From the NCBI GenBank assembly GCA_965213925.1, contig OZ243927.1, forward strand, positions 2,176,001 through 2,240,000: 64,000 nucleotides of DNA, in the 5' to 3' direction. A program made the translations under genes and the position numbers. The DNA comes from Trueperaceae bacterium. GTDB lineage: Bacteria > Deinococcota > Deinococci > Deinococcales > Trueperaceae. Shown piece after piece: positions 9,595-19,291 of this stretch. Numbering within the stretch: position 1 is the first letter of the stretch; each line of letters begins with the position of its first letter. Below the pieces are notes generated by a model. That model was not told the origin of the DNA. It made no database searches and saw only the letters and a program-made list of their open reading frames with translations.

Positions 9595-9686
9595 CTCATT
9601 CTTTAATTAACAGAGTAGTAAGGTCTCTGACGTAAAAATTCTGATAGACTGATGAGACAGACTAATTCGCAGCGAAAGGTAGCTCT

Positions 9687-11015
9687 ATGACATCAACGCG
9701 CTTTATCCTCGTGCTCCTCCTCTGGAGTGGCGCTCTCGCCCAAACGTCCCCAGCCGCCCAGCAGACGGGCGTCAGCGACACGGACAACCGCATCGACCTG
9801 ATCCGACAGGACGCGCCCGAGCTTGCGGCATATGGACCTTATGACATAGGCGTGCGCACCCTAGACCTCGTCAACGAGGACGAACTCGATATTGTGAACG
9901 CGGCACCCGGCGAGCCGGTGCCGCGCTATGACCGTCCGCTCACCGCCGAAGTTTGGTATCCCGCCGCGCTGTCTGGCGCTGAGCCCAGGGGCGAATACGC
10001 CGCCACGACGAGGGACGGCACTCCCACCACGCTCGTAGGGCGCGCCGTAAGGGACGCCGAACCTAACACCGAGGGCGCGCCCTATCCGCTCATCATCCTC
10101 TCGCACGGCTACCCCGGCAACCGCTTTTTGCTCTCTCACCTGGGCGAGAACCTCGCCTCGAAGGGCTACGTGACGGTCTCCATCGACCACACCGACAGCA
10201 CCTACAGCGATCAGGCGACCTTCGGCAGCACGCTCCTCAACCGCCCGCTCGACCAGCAGTTCGTGCTGGACGAGATGGCGCGGCTTTCGCAGGAGGACAG
10301 TGGCAGCTTCTTGGCGGGGCTCGCCAGCGCGGGCGAGATGGGCATCGTCGGCTACTCGATGGGCGCGTACGGCGTGGTGAACCTGCTCGGGGGCGGCTTC
10401 ACGAGGGCGAGCGTCGAGTCGGACTACGCGCCGCCGAACGGGATTCTCGCCCTCAGACAAGAGGGCGACGAGGCGTATGAGGGGAGCGTAGACCCGCGCA
10501 TCAAAGCGGCGGTGGCGATCGCGCCTTGGGGCATGAACACGGGCTTTTGGGACGCGGAGGGGTTGGCGGGCATCGAAACGCCCATCTTCTTTATGGCGGG
10601 CAGCGCCGACGACGTCTCGGGCTACCGCGAGGGGACGAAAGCGATCTTCGAGCGGGCGGTGAACGCCGAGCGCTACTTGCTCACCTTCGAAAACGCGAAC
10701 CACAACGCCGCCGCGCCCATCCCCGCGCCCACCGAGACGTGGGGAGAGGACAGCTTCATGCACTACGCGGACGCGGTCTGGAACACGGTGCGCATGAACA
10801 ACATCGCGCAGCACTTCGCCACCGCCTTTTTTGACCTCGAGCTTAAAGGCGACGAGGAGAAAGGCGCGTATCTGGACCTGCTCCGCAACGCCGAAGACGG
10901 CGTCTACGCGGTGGACGCCTCGGGCGACTTCACCGAGGAGCACACCTACTGGCGAGGCTTTCCGAACCGCACGGCGGTGGGGCTCTCCTTAGAACACGAG
11001 ACGCCCTCGGAATGA
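9687..11015 (+). CDS. Secreted alpha/beta hydrolase (dienelactone hydrolase/PAF-AH-like)
   Basis: Signal peptide, SHGYPG, nucleophile elbow GYSMG, late H in ANHN. Confidence 0.8.
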   Translation: MTSTRFILVLLLWSGALAQTSPAAQQTGVSDTDNRIDLIRQDAPELAAYGPYDIGVRTLDLVNEDELDIVNAAPGEPVPRYDRPLTAEVWYPAALSGAEPRGEYAATTRDGTPTTLVGRAVRDAEPNTEGAPYPLIILSHGYPGNRFLLSHLGENLASKGYVTVSIDHTDSTYSDQATFGSTLLNRPLDQQFVLDEMARLSQEDSGSFLAGLASAGEMGIVGYSMGAYGVVNLLGGGFTRASVESDYAPPNGILALRQEGDEAYEGSVDPRIKAAVAIAPWGMNTGFWDAEGLAGIETPIFFMAGSADDVSGYREGTKAIFERAVNAERYLLTFENANHNAAAPIPAPTETWGEDSFMHYADAVWNTVRMNNIAQHFATAFFDLELKGDEEKGAYLDLLRNAEDGVYAVDASGDFTEEHTYWRGFPNRTAVGLSLEHETPSE

Positions 11016-11017
11016 GG

Positions 11018-12568
11018 TTAGGCGTCTATTCGGTCCCTTATCTGTAAAGGGATAGGGGCGCGTCCCTGTGCATGGTGGCGTTTCGTGAGGATGTCGGTAG
11101 CAGCTTCTAGTGACCCCTCACGAAAGCCGAAGCTGATGAGTGCAGGACCGGGCAAGTCGGTCACGTGGTAGGGGTTCCATAAGGCGACGTGGACGAAGTT
11201 TCGGTTGTGCTCCCCTGCGGATTGTGCAGCGGCGTCAGCTAAATCCACCTCTTTAGGCTCCATGCGCGTGCGCGAGGTGGAGATGAACAAGGTCACGTCG
11301 TGGTGCGCGGCGGCTGAAAGGACCGCTTCGCGGCTCGAGCCCGGCTCAGCGCGTTCATAAAACAGGTGGTTGACGCTCAAGCCTCGAGCCCTCAGCATCT
11401 CTATCAATCTCTCGGTAGGCGGCGTGAGCACATCACTCGCCGCGCCGCCGACACTATCTTCCGCCGCGATGACCACGAGACTCGTCTCTTCGTCGAGTTC
11501 TGGCAGATCGCCGATGAGGACGACGCCGCGCCGCGCCGCGTCGGTGAGAAGCGCTCTGTCACCCTCTCGCCAGGCGCGCTCAGGGTCAGGCTGAGCGGGA
11601 TAGGTGTGAGCGAGCCTGCGCAGTCTCCGAAGCTTCCCCTCAACCTCTCCTTCATTCAAGCGCCCTTCTCTCAGCGCCTTGTCAATACCTTGCAAGATGC
11701 GTTCATGCGTGCTGATGGGTCCGGTGTGGATATCGAAGAGGGGCATGTCGATACCTGCGACGAGCGAGCGCACCACCGCCTCAGCAGGGGAGAAGAGGTC
11801 GGCGATAGCGTGCATCTCGAGCGCGTCCGTAAAGCTCACCCCGTCAAAGCCGAGGTCAACACGTAAAAGGTCGGTCATGGCAATGCGCGACAGCGTGGCG
11901 GGCAACCCGGCGTCCAAAGCGGTGATGCGCCCGTGGTAGCTCATGACGCAAGCTGCGCCCGCTCCGAACGCCTTTTTGAACGGGACGAGTTCAACCTCTT
12001 GCAAGCGTTCTAGCGGCACATCCAGCGTCGGCAAGCTCAGGTGCGAGTCCGTATCCGTATCGCCGTGACCGGGAAAGTGTTTGACCGTCGCCGCGACGCC
12101 CTCGCTCTGCAACCCTCGGACATAAGCCGCGACGTGCAGAGCGACGTGCGCCGGGTCACTCCCGAAAGACCGCTCGCCGATGACGGGATTACGCGGGTTG
12201 TTGTTCACGTCCGCGACGGGCGCGAAGTTGACGTTGACGCCCACCGCACGCAACCCTCTCGCAGTCGCGGCGGCAACCTCGAAGGTCAGCTCGGAGTCAT
12301 TCGCCGCGCCTAAAAGCATTGTGCCGGGCGAATAGGGAACGTCCAACGCCCGCACCACGCCGCCGCCCTCTTGGTCCGTGGCGATGATGAGGTTTGGTCC
12401 GAGCAATTCACGCAGTTCACTCGTCAATTCCGCCGCCTGGACGCGGTCACGGAAGTTGCGGCTGAAGAGGCACACGCCGCCCACCTTATAATTTGCAAAA
12501 AAAGCGCGTTCGTCCGGGGTGAGCGTGGGACCGGAGAGGTCAGTCATCAACAATCTGTGCGGGTTCAT
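11018..12568 (-). CDS. nagZ: Beta-N-acetylhexosaminidase, GH3
   Basis: DQEGG, APVADVN, KHFPGHGDTDTDSH signature, TDALEM. Confidence 0.9.
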   Translation of the reverse strand: MNPHRLLMTDLSGPTLTPDERAFFANYKVGGVCLFSRNFRDRVQAAELTSELRELLGPNLIIATDQEGGGVVRALDVPYSPGTMLLGAANDSELTFEVAAATARGLRAVGVNVNFAPVADVNNNPRNPVIGERSFGSDPAHVALHVAAYVRGLQSEGVAATVKHFPGHGDTDTDSHLSLPTLDVPLERLQEVELVPFKKAFGAGAACVMSYHGRITALDAGLPATLSRIAMTDLLRVDLGFDGVSFTDALEMHAIADLFSPAEAVVRSLVAGIDMPLFDIHTGPISTHERILQGIDKALREGRLNEGEVEGKLRRLRRLAHTYPAQPDPERAWREGDRALLTDAARRGVVLIGDLPELDEETSLVVIAAEDSVGGAASDVLTPPTERLIEMLRARGLSVNHLFYERAEPGSSREAVLSAAAHHDVTLFISTSRTRMEPKEVDLADAAAQSAGEHNRNFVHVALWNPYHVTDLPGPALISFGFREGSLEAATDILTKRHHAQGRAPIPLQIRDRIDA

Positions 12569-12720
12569 TATCGACTTCCTATCCTCGAGGGCATTGAAGT
12601 AACGCAGTTTTTTGTCTAGCAGAAGCTCGTGCTCCTAAAGGTAGAGGCTCGAGCCTTCTTATACTATTCTACTACCCTAAAAAAGCCACAGTCATCATTC
12701 TTGGTGAGGGCGTGCGGGGC

Positions 12721-12748
12721 GTAGGGGCGATTCATGAATCACCCCTAC
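12721..12748. repeat. GTAG-type REP palindrome
   Basis: GTAGGGGCGATTCATGAATCACCCCTAC, a near-perfect palindrome starting with GTAG. Confidence 0.75.
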
Positions 12749-12789
12749 TGCATTTGCTTCCCAGCGCGTCCAACCTCAACGAGCCGCAT

Positions 12790-13887
12790 CTACAATCCCT
12801 GTACGTCCGCCGCGTCGCGCAGGGCGTCACCTAAGAAGTTGAACGCCAACACCGCCACGACGATGAATAAGCCAGGGATGAGCAACCACGGATAGAGCCG
12901 CAACGTCTCGAAGTTCTGCGCGTCCGCTAGGAGCAACCCCCAAGAGGTCATCGGCTCTTTGATGCCGAGCCCTAAAAAGGACAGGGCGCTCTCGCCCAAA
13001 ATATACGCGGGTAGCGCTAGCGTCGCCGCCACGATGAGATAAGAGGTCAAGTTTGGCAAGACGTGACGGAGGATGATGGGCAAATCGCGCACGCCCAGAG
13101 CCCGCGCCGCCTGTACGTAATCCGACTCCCTCGCCGATAAGACTTGCCCCCGCACCACTCGCGCCAGCGCCGCCCAGCCGATAAAGGATAAGACCGCGAC
13201 GATGCCGACGTAGACCCACGTCGAGGGCCACGTCGCCGGGATGATCGTGGCGAGTGCTAAGAGAATCGGCAGACGCGGAAAGGAGAGCATCACCTCGATG
13301 AGGCGCTGAATGCCCGTGTCGAGCAAACCGCCATAAAAGCCGCTCACCCCACCGACTAAGATACCGATAGAAAACGAAATTAAAATACCGATAAGCCCCA
13401 CCGTGAGCGAGACTTGCGAGCCAACCAAGGTGCGGCTCAACACGTCGCGCCCGAAGCGATCGGTGCCGAGCGGGAAGAAGAGACCTTCTTGGATGCCAAA
13501 GAGGTGGCGCTCGGTGCGGAAGAGCCCCAGAAAGGTGTAGGGCTCACCTCTTACGAAGAACTTGAGCGGTTGCGGGTTCGTCTGGTCCGCCTGGTAGATA
13601 CGCTCGAAGGTGACGGGGTCGCGGGCTTGCTCTAAAGGATACACAAACGGACCCCGAAACTCCCCCTCGTGAAAGAGGTACAACCCCTGCGGCGGCAGGT
13701 GCGGAAAGTCGCGGTGCTGTGTGGTGATGTTGTAAGGTGCTAAAAATTGCGAGAAGAGCGCCATGAGGTACAACATGATGAGAATGATGCCCCCCGCTAC
13801 ACCGACTTTAGAGCGCTTGAAGCGCCGCCAGCCGAGGCGAAAGGGGCTCACGGCACTCGAGTCTCCCCGAGTCGTATCTTTAGTCAT
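12790..13887 (-). CDS. Peptide/nickel-family ABC permease (OppC/DppC-like)
   Basis: LGTDRFGRD, YVQAARALG, ESALSFLGLG. Confidence 0.92.
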   Translation of the reverse strand: MTKDTTRGDSSAVSPFRLGWRRFKRSKVGVAGGIILIMLYLMALFSQFLAPYNITTQHRDFPHLPPQGLYLFHEGEFRGPFVYPLEQARDPVTFERIYQADQTNPQPLKFFVRGEPYTFLGLFRTERHLFGIQEGLFFPLGTDRFGRDVLSRTLVGSQVSLTVGLIGILISFSIGILVGGVSGFYGGLLDTGIQRLIEVMLSFPRLPILLALATIIPATWPSTWVYVGIVAVLSFIGWAALARVVRGQVLSARESDYVQAARALGVRDLPIILRHVLPNLTSYLIVAATLALPAYILGESALSFLGLGIKEPMTSWGLLLADAQNFETLRLYPWLLIPGLFIVVAVLAFNFLGDALRDAADVQGL

Positions 13888-14851
13888 ACCGAATCCTCGG
13901 GTCCGCCCACGCGAGCGCCAAGTCAGCGAGCAAGTTACCGATCATCAAAAGGAGGCTTGTCAGGAGCAAGAGCGTCATGGCGACGTACTGGTCTTTAGCT
14001 AAAAGCGAGTCGTAGAGAAGCCGCCCCACAGCGGGCAAGTTGAGCACAATCGAGACGATGATCGTGCCGTTGATGAGTTCGGGTAAGCTCAGCCCAGCGA
14101 GCGAAATGAGCGGGTTAATGGCGTTACGCACAGCGTGGCGGTTGATGACGACGCGCTCTTTCAATCCTTTCGCCCGCGCCGTGCGTACAAAGTCCGCGCT
14201 CAGCACGTCCAAGAGGTTCGCCCGCATCTGCCGCATCACCGTAGCGATGCCCGCTGTGCCGATGGCTAAAACCGGAATCCACATGTGGTTGAGAAAGTCT
14301 AAGACCTTACCCCAACTCCAGGGCGCACCGATATATTGCGGGCTAAAGAGCCCCCCGACTTGCGAGCCGCCGAAATTCAGCACGAGGGCGACGAGAAGTA
14401 GCGCAACCAAAAAGTCAGGAATGGCGAGACCGATGTAGCCGACGAAGCTCGCCACCGCGTCCGTAAAGCCGTTGCGCCGCACCGCTGTATAGATGCCTAA
14501 GGGAATCGCGACGAGCCAGGAAAAGACGAGCGTCATTCCTGCGACGACGATGGCCCAGAAGAGCTGCTCCCCGACGAGGCTCGAGACCGGGCGGTTCGCA
14601 AAGAACGAAAAGCCGAAGTCACCCCGCGTCACAATCCCCCAAATCCAGCGCAGATACTGCTCGTACGCCGGTTTGTCCAACCCGAGTTGCGCCTCTAACC
14701 GCGCTACCGTCGCCGCGCTAAAACGTGGGTCTTCTAGGTAGCGGTCCGTAAAGCTGCCCGGTTGCAGTTGAATCACGGTAAAACAAACCACCGAGACGAG
14801 CAGCAGGGTGGGGATGAAGATGAGGATGCGGCGTAGGAGGTAGTTGAGCAT
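13880..14851 (-). CDS. Peptide/nickel-family ABC permease (OppB/DppB-like)
   Basis: GDFGFS, FVRTARAKGL, HAVRNA, C-terminal DPRIR. Confidence 0.92.
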   Translation of the reverse strand: MLNYLLRRILIFIPTLLLVSVVCFTVIQLQPGSFTDRYLEDPRFSAATVARLEAQLGLDKPAYEQYLRWIWGIVTRGDFGFSFFANRPVSSLVGEQLFWAIVVAGMTLVFSWLVAIPLGIYTAVRRNGFTDAVASFVGYIGLAIPDFLVALLLVALVLNFGGSQVGGLFSPQYIGAPWSWGKVLDFLNHMWIPVLAIGTAGIATVMRQMRANLLDVLSADFVRTARAKGLKERVVINRHAVRNAINPLISLAGLSLPELINGTIIVSIVLNLPAVGRLLYDSLLAKDQYVAMTLLLLTSLLLMIGNLLADLALAWADPRIRYD

Positions 14852-14884
14852 AGGTCTTAGATTCGTCTTTCTAAGAGATAGTGG

Positions 14885-15250
14885 TCAGGGCGTTTGCGCT
14901 AGGCTGCCACCACACCATGAACCGTAATCGAATTCTTCAGAATGTGTGAGAAGGTGGCGTGAGCGCTTTATCCAAATTCTAATGAGCGGGTTCGTCTCCT
15001 CTTTCGCTAAATTCAGCAGGTGCTCCACCTCGCGGAACGATGTTCCTTTCCCATCCGTTATGACAGCGTCACCAACAAGCAAATATAAACAAGATAGAAC
15101 GTCTCTCTGTTTCGGACATCGATCATCAGAAGCTAGCTCGAGCAGCAGTTCGTTGACACCCAAAGAGATAAGTGTAAGGTCATAGTCTTGAGAGGGTGGC
15201 GGAGTATCTTTACTATAAGCCCAAGCCTTGACTTTATCTTCGACATTCAT
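14885..15250 (-). CDS. Hypothetical protein, AT-richer insert within the ABC operon
   Basis: 121-aa ORF co-oriented with the operon; plausible composition (WAY, CPK, YLLVGDAV, WCGG). Confidence 0.6.
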   Translation of the reverse strand: MNVEDKVKAWAYSKDTPPPSQDYDLTLISLGVNELLLELASDDRCPKQRDVLSCLYLLVGDAVITDGKGTSFREVEHLLNLAKEETNPLIRIWIKRSRHLLTHSEEFDYGSWCGGSLAQTP

Positions 15251-15291
15251 CTAAATCGTGATGGGGCGCGGCGAACCGCACCCCAACCTTT

Positions 15292-17073
15292 CTACTCCTC
15301 GCTGATGAAGTAAAGCGGCAGCGGATTGTAGCCAGGAATCACGCCCAAGCTGTAGACGAAGTTCTGCACGCGGTTGTATACAGCGGCGACGTTCGCGCCC
15401 TTAGCGATCATAATGACGGGCACGTTCTCGGCGTTGAGCCGCTGCCACTCGGCGTAGAGTTCTTGGCGTTGTGACTGGTCGGTCAGCGTGGCGGCTTCGT
15501 TGAAAATCTCGAACACGCGCGTTTCCCATTCGTCCATCGCCTCCATATTGGCGCTGCTGCCCTCTTCGCTGGGCTGCGTGGCGCGGTGCCAGTAGTAGAG
15601 CGAGCCGCCCGGCTGCCAGATGGGTTTGCGCAGCTCGGGGTCGGGCTGGTTGCCGAAGGCGACGAGGATAGCCTCGAAGTCGCCCGCTAAGGCGGTGCCG
15701 AAGAGCGACGAGCCCTGGACACCCTGCAAGTTGACGCGCACGCCCGCTTGCCCGAAGTCGTTCTGCAAAATCGTCGCGATGTCCGTGAAGATGGCGGAGT
15801 CCGAGTCGTAGGTGAGGGTGAACTCGAGCGGTCCTCCACCGGGCAGATTGCGTACCCCGTCACCGTCAGTGTCGGTATAGCCGAGTTCGTCCAACGCGGA
15901 GTTCGCCGCGTCCAAGTCGAACATGTTCATGAGGTCAGTCGTGTCGGTATAGAAGGTGCTGTCTGCAGGTGCCGTGGGTGTGCCGGGAATCTCGGCTAAG
16001 CTGTTATATACGTCGTTGATGACGCGCTCACGGTCTACGGCGTACTCCACCGCCTTGCGGAATTCAACCGAGGAGAACACCTCAGCCAGTGCCTCGTTCG
16101 CCGGGTTGAAGTTGAAGGCTAAGTGCGGCGGCGAGCCGAACAGCGCGTCGCTCCGAATCACGCGGAAGGGTGCGCCGTCCACCTCCCGCGACTTGAAGTC
16201 AGGAAACTGCGCCCCCGAGATGTTGAGCTGGTCGATATTGCCCGCCAAAAACTGCGCCGTTTGCGCCTCCGTGCCGGGCGTGATGAGGTACTCAATCGTC
16301 TCGACGTAAGGGAGGGGCGTACCCGCGCTGTCCACTTTCCAGTAGTTCGGGTTTTTCTGAAGCGTGACGAGTTGACCGGGCGTGTAATTTTGCAGCGTGT
16401 ACGGACCCGTGCCCACCACTTCGCTCGGGTCGACATCGGTGGGCCAGGCGTTGTTGATATCGGCGGGCTCCGCGCCGCCCTGGACGCTAAAGCCCTCTAA
16501 CTTATGCTCGGGCATGATGAAAAAGCGCTGCTGCAGTAAGAACGCGGCGGAGGCGGTCGGCAGCGTCATCCGCACCGTCATATCGTCCACCTTTTCAAAG
16601 GTAACGTTCTCCTCTTGACCGTCCAAGGTGAAGAGGAACTGCGCCGCGTCGCCCGCCCGCGCTTCGGGATTAGTGATGATCTGCTCGTAGGTGAAGATCA
16701 CGTCGTCGGCGGTGAAGGGCTCGCCGTCGTGCCAAGTGACGCCTTCGCGCAGGTTAAAGGTGTAGACGGTGCCGTCCTCGGAGATGTCCCACGAGGCGGC
16801 TAGCGCGGGCTCCAACTCGTACGTTTCCAGATTGAACTCGACTAAGCTGTCGAACATCTGCTGCGACAAGGTCTGCGAGACGCTGCTCACCTCGCCATAG
16901 TAAAAGAAGCGCGGTGGGGCGTCGTCGAGCGCTAGAGTAAGCGTGCCGCCCGCTTCACCAGGGGTGATGTCCAGAGCGCTGTAGTCGGGGATGGTCTTGG
17001 GTTGGGCGAAGGCGGCGCTACTCAGCAAAAAGGCGAGCAGCAGGCTTAGGGCTGGATAGACGGAACGCTTCAT
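15292..17073 (-). CDS. ABC substrate-binding protein, family 5
   Basis: Signal peptide, PALAASW, YTFNLREGVTWHDGEPFTADDV, GTGPY; SD GGAGG upstream. Confidence 0.92.
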   Translation of the reverse strand: MKRSVYPALSLLLAFLLSSAAFAQPKTIPDYSALDITPGEAGGTLTLALDDAPPRFFYYGEVSSVSQTLSQQMFDSLVEFNLETYELEPALAASWDISEDGTVYTFNLREGVTWHDGEPFTADDVIFTYEQIITNPEARAGDAAQFLFTLDGQEENVTFEKVDDMTVRMTLPTASAAFLLQQRFFIMPEHKLEGFSVQGGAEPADINNAWPTDVDPSEVVGTGPYTLQNYTPGQLVTLQKNPNYWKVDSAGTPLPYVETIEYLITPGTEAQTAQFLAGNIDQLNISGAQFPDFKSREVDGAPFRVIRSDALFGSPPHLAFNFNPANEALAEVFSSVEFRKAVEYAVDRERVINDVYNSLAEIPGTPTAPADSTFYTDTTDLMNMFDLDAANSALDELGYTDTDGDGVRNLPGGGPLEFTLTYDSDSAIFTDIATILQNDFGQAGVRVNLQGVQGSSLFGTALAGDFEAILVAFGNQPDPELRKPIWQPGGSLYYWHRATQPSEEGSSANMEAMDEWETRVFEIFNEAATLTDQSQRQELYAEWQRLNAENVPVIMIAKGANVAAVYNRVQNFVYSLGVIPGYNPLPLYFISEE

Positions 17074-17201
17074 ACATCCTCCTTGGAGCTATCTTTGATA
17101 CTCTAGCCTATACCACTTCAAGACCATTTGCAATCGTCCTACTACTTTTGCGTGGGTGACTTGTCCGACTTATAGACTGTGAGGGTGAAGATCGCAAGAT
17201 C

Positions 17202-17257
17202 GATACATCAGCAAGAGGGGCTCGAGTCTAAACTCGAGCCCCTCTTGCTGATGTATC
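17202..17257. terminator. 26-bp perfect hairpin downstream of the lipoprotein gene
   Basis: GATACATCAGCAAGAGGGGCTCGAGT-ctaa-ACTCGAGCCCCTCTTGCTGATGTATC. Confidence 0.7.
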
Positions 17258-17288
17258 TACTTGTTTGAACAAACAACAAACGCTTGCT

Positions 17289-19004
17289 TTACCTGACCTG
17301 ATCAGGGGTGTTGCCGAAGACGTTGTACATACCGTCGTTGCCAACATCGTTACCTGCATAGTCCAAACCATTCAGGGTGACAGCATTGATGCGATATACC
17401 CCACCGCCAGCAGCGGCTGTGTTGTCACTAATGATTGCATTGTCTTGCAGTGTGAGCACGGCATTATTTCTGAGAAACACGCCGCCACCGTTTCGGGAAG
17501 AGCTGTTACCCGTGATCGTTGCGTTGTCCTGTAGCGTGAGCGTGCCATTATCTCTGAGATACACGCCGCCGCCATCATTTGTCGTCTCATTTCCGGTAAC
17601 GGTTGTATTACCTCGTAGGGTGAGACTGCCGTCACTGTATAAACCGCCGCCAGAATTGCCAGTAACGAAACCGTTGGTTATTGTAAGGTCCTCGAGTATG
17701 ACGTTGGCTCCTCCAGCGATATAGAAAATGTTGCTATAAGCGCCGCCATCAATAGTCACGCTACCTACGATGGTTAGATTCTTGTCAACGATAATTCTCT
17801 CTCCGCTTAAGACAACCGTCTGCACATCCTCAGCAAAACCGATAATGTCACCTGCCTGAGCATCTGCTACAACCTGTCGCAACGAGCCCGCACCATCATT
17901 GTTACCGTTTGTAACAACTGCCGAAAATGCCGCTACGCTCGCGCCCTGCTCAACTTCCGTCTGGTTCCCCGAGGTGTCAATCGCCACCACCGTAAGGTCG
18001 TAGTCACCCTCCTCAGGCGTCCAGCTCATGCTCCAGTCGTTTCCCGTGAACGAGACCTCCGCCACGCCCTCTTCGGCGTACTCTTCTGTGTCGCTCGAGC
18101 CGATCAAGACCGGTCCCTCGAACACCTGCACCTTTTGAATACCGATGTTGTCCGAAGCGGTGCCCGTTAAAGTTGTTTCTTGTCCTGCGACGAGCGAACC
18201 GGGGTCGTTCACGGTGAGGCTAGGACGCTCGTTGTCGAGAAAAAAGCCCGCGTTCTCGACGAAGGGCAGGGTGAATTCACTGGTCATCTGCTGGTTCTCT
18301 GTCGCTACGCCGTCTACGATCATCCAGCCGATGACCGTTACAGTGACGGTGAAGTCGTTGTCTTGCGGATTTGTGGTCGCAGTAACGCGCGTGCCTAAGT
18401 CGCTCTGCTCGTTTACATTGCCATCGTCCGCGCCAACCTCGTACACGGCGCTGTAGTCTTCAAAAGGAACTTCGTAACCGCTGGGTGAGGTCACGCTGAG
18501 GTAGAGGTCTAAGAGCTGACCGGGCACGACCGAGCTAATGGGCGCGGTGTGGTCGAGCGTGACTGCGTTCATCAGGGTGTGCAGCCCCAGTGCGACAGTG
18601 TCTGTGTCAATATTGACGACCTGTGTCACTTCGCCGTAGCTCATCCAGGTGCCAGCCCCGTCGAAGCCTTTAGCCTGAAAGGTGTATTCCTGACCGGCGA
18701 CGATACCCACGCTGACGTCGTCACCCGGAGTGTACGGGATAAACGCCACGCTGCCGCTCGGGTCGAGGTTGTAGTCCTCATCAAAAGTGAGGGGATTACC
18801 GTCCGAGTCGAGAATGGTGATCTCCAGCGACTCGACGACGGGTGTGCCATCCTCTTGAAAGGGAACGCCCAAGGTGCTCAGACCGAAGTCGAGCGCTAGG
18901 GAAACGCGGGTAAGGTTGGGGTTGGAACTAGGCGTGTCCGCTTCAGGCTGGCTGGAGCAGGCTGCAATCAGTACTAGCAGGGCGAAAAGGAATAGTTTCT
19001 TCAC
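17289..19004 (-). CDS. Lipoprotein with Ig-like domain and C-terminal GGG[LV][YF] beta-helix-like repeats
   Basis: Lipobox LIAAC; GTASDNIGIQKV...LTVVAIDTSGN Ig-like segment; GAGSLRQ then repeats such as GGGVYLRDNGTLTLQDNATITGN. Confidence 0.8.
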   Translation of the reverse strand: MKKLFLFALLVLIAACSSQPEADTPSSNPNLTRVSLALDFGLSTLGVPFQEDGTPVVESLEITILDSDGNPLTFDEDYNLDPSGSVAFIPYTPGDDVSVGIVAGQEYTFQAKGFDGAGTWMSYGEVTQVVNIDTDTVALGLHTLMNAVTLDHTAPISSVVPGQLLDLYLSVTSPSGYEVPFEDYSAVYEVGADDGNVNEQSDLGTRVTATTNPQDNDFTVTVTVIGWMIVDGVATENQQMTSEFTLPFVENAGFFLDNERPSLTVNDPGSLVAGQETTLTGTASDNIGIQKVQVFEGPVLIGSSDTEEYAEEGVAEVSFTGNDWSMSWTPEEGDYDLTVVAIDTSGNQTEVEQGASVAAFSAVVTNGNNDGAGSLRQVVADAQAGDIIGFAEDVQTVVLSGERIIVDKNLTIVGSVTIDGGAYSNIFYIAGGANVILEDLTITNGFVTGNSGGGLYSDGSLTLRGNTTVTGNETTNDGGGVYLRDNGTLTLQDNATITGNSSSRNGGGVFLRNNAVLTLQDNAIISDNTAAAGGGVYRINAVTLNGLDYAGNDVGNDGMYNVFGNTPDQVR

Positions 19005-19020
19005 AAAAAAACCTCTTTAA

Positions 19021-19098
19021 GGGGTGGAGTGCGCTGGGGGCGTCCCGAGAGCGCGGACTCAGGACACCCTCCTAAAGCGCAACGGAACCCTCCACCCC
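19021..19098 (-). promoter_or_regulatory. Highly structured 5' leader of the lipoprotein gene
   Basis: Nested stems on the mRNA strand: GGGGTGGAG/CTCCACCCC, TGCGCT/AGCGCA, GGGTGTCCTGAG/CTCGGGACGCCC. Confidence 0.5.
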
Positions 19099-19291
19099 TC
19101 ATAAAGGGTGAAGTAAATTACGCTTTATGGGCTCAATATATGAAGAAGATGAAAGTGAGCCCGTGAAGAATTTCATGTGGCGCGCCTAGTATGTAATTAT
19201 TCACACGTTTGAAAAATTCGAAGCGGCTCAAAATGTCGCGTTTCTGCGCAGGCTAAAGTCCCGTCGCGCTTCTAAAGGGTCTCAGGTTCGG

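Noticed and set aside
9861..10943. 360-aa antisense ORF and the many similar shadow ORFs
   Set aside because: They lie opposite well-supported genes, as expected from GC-rich codon bias, and show no motifs
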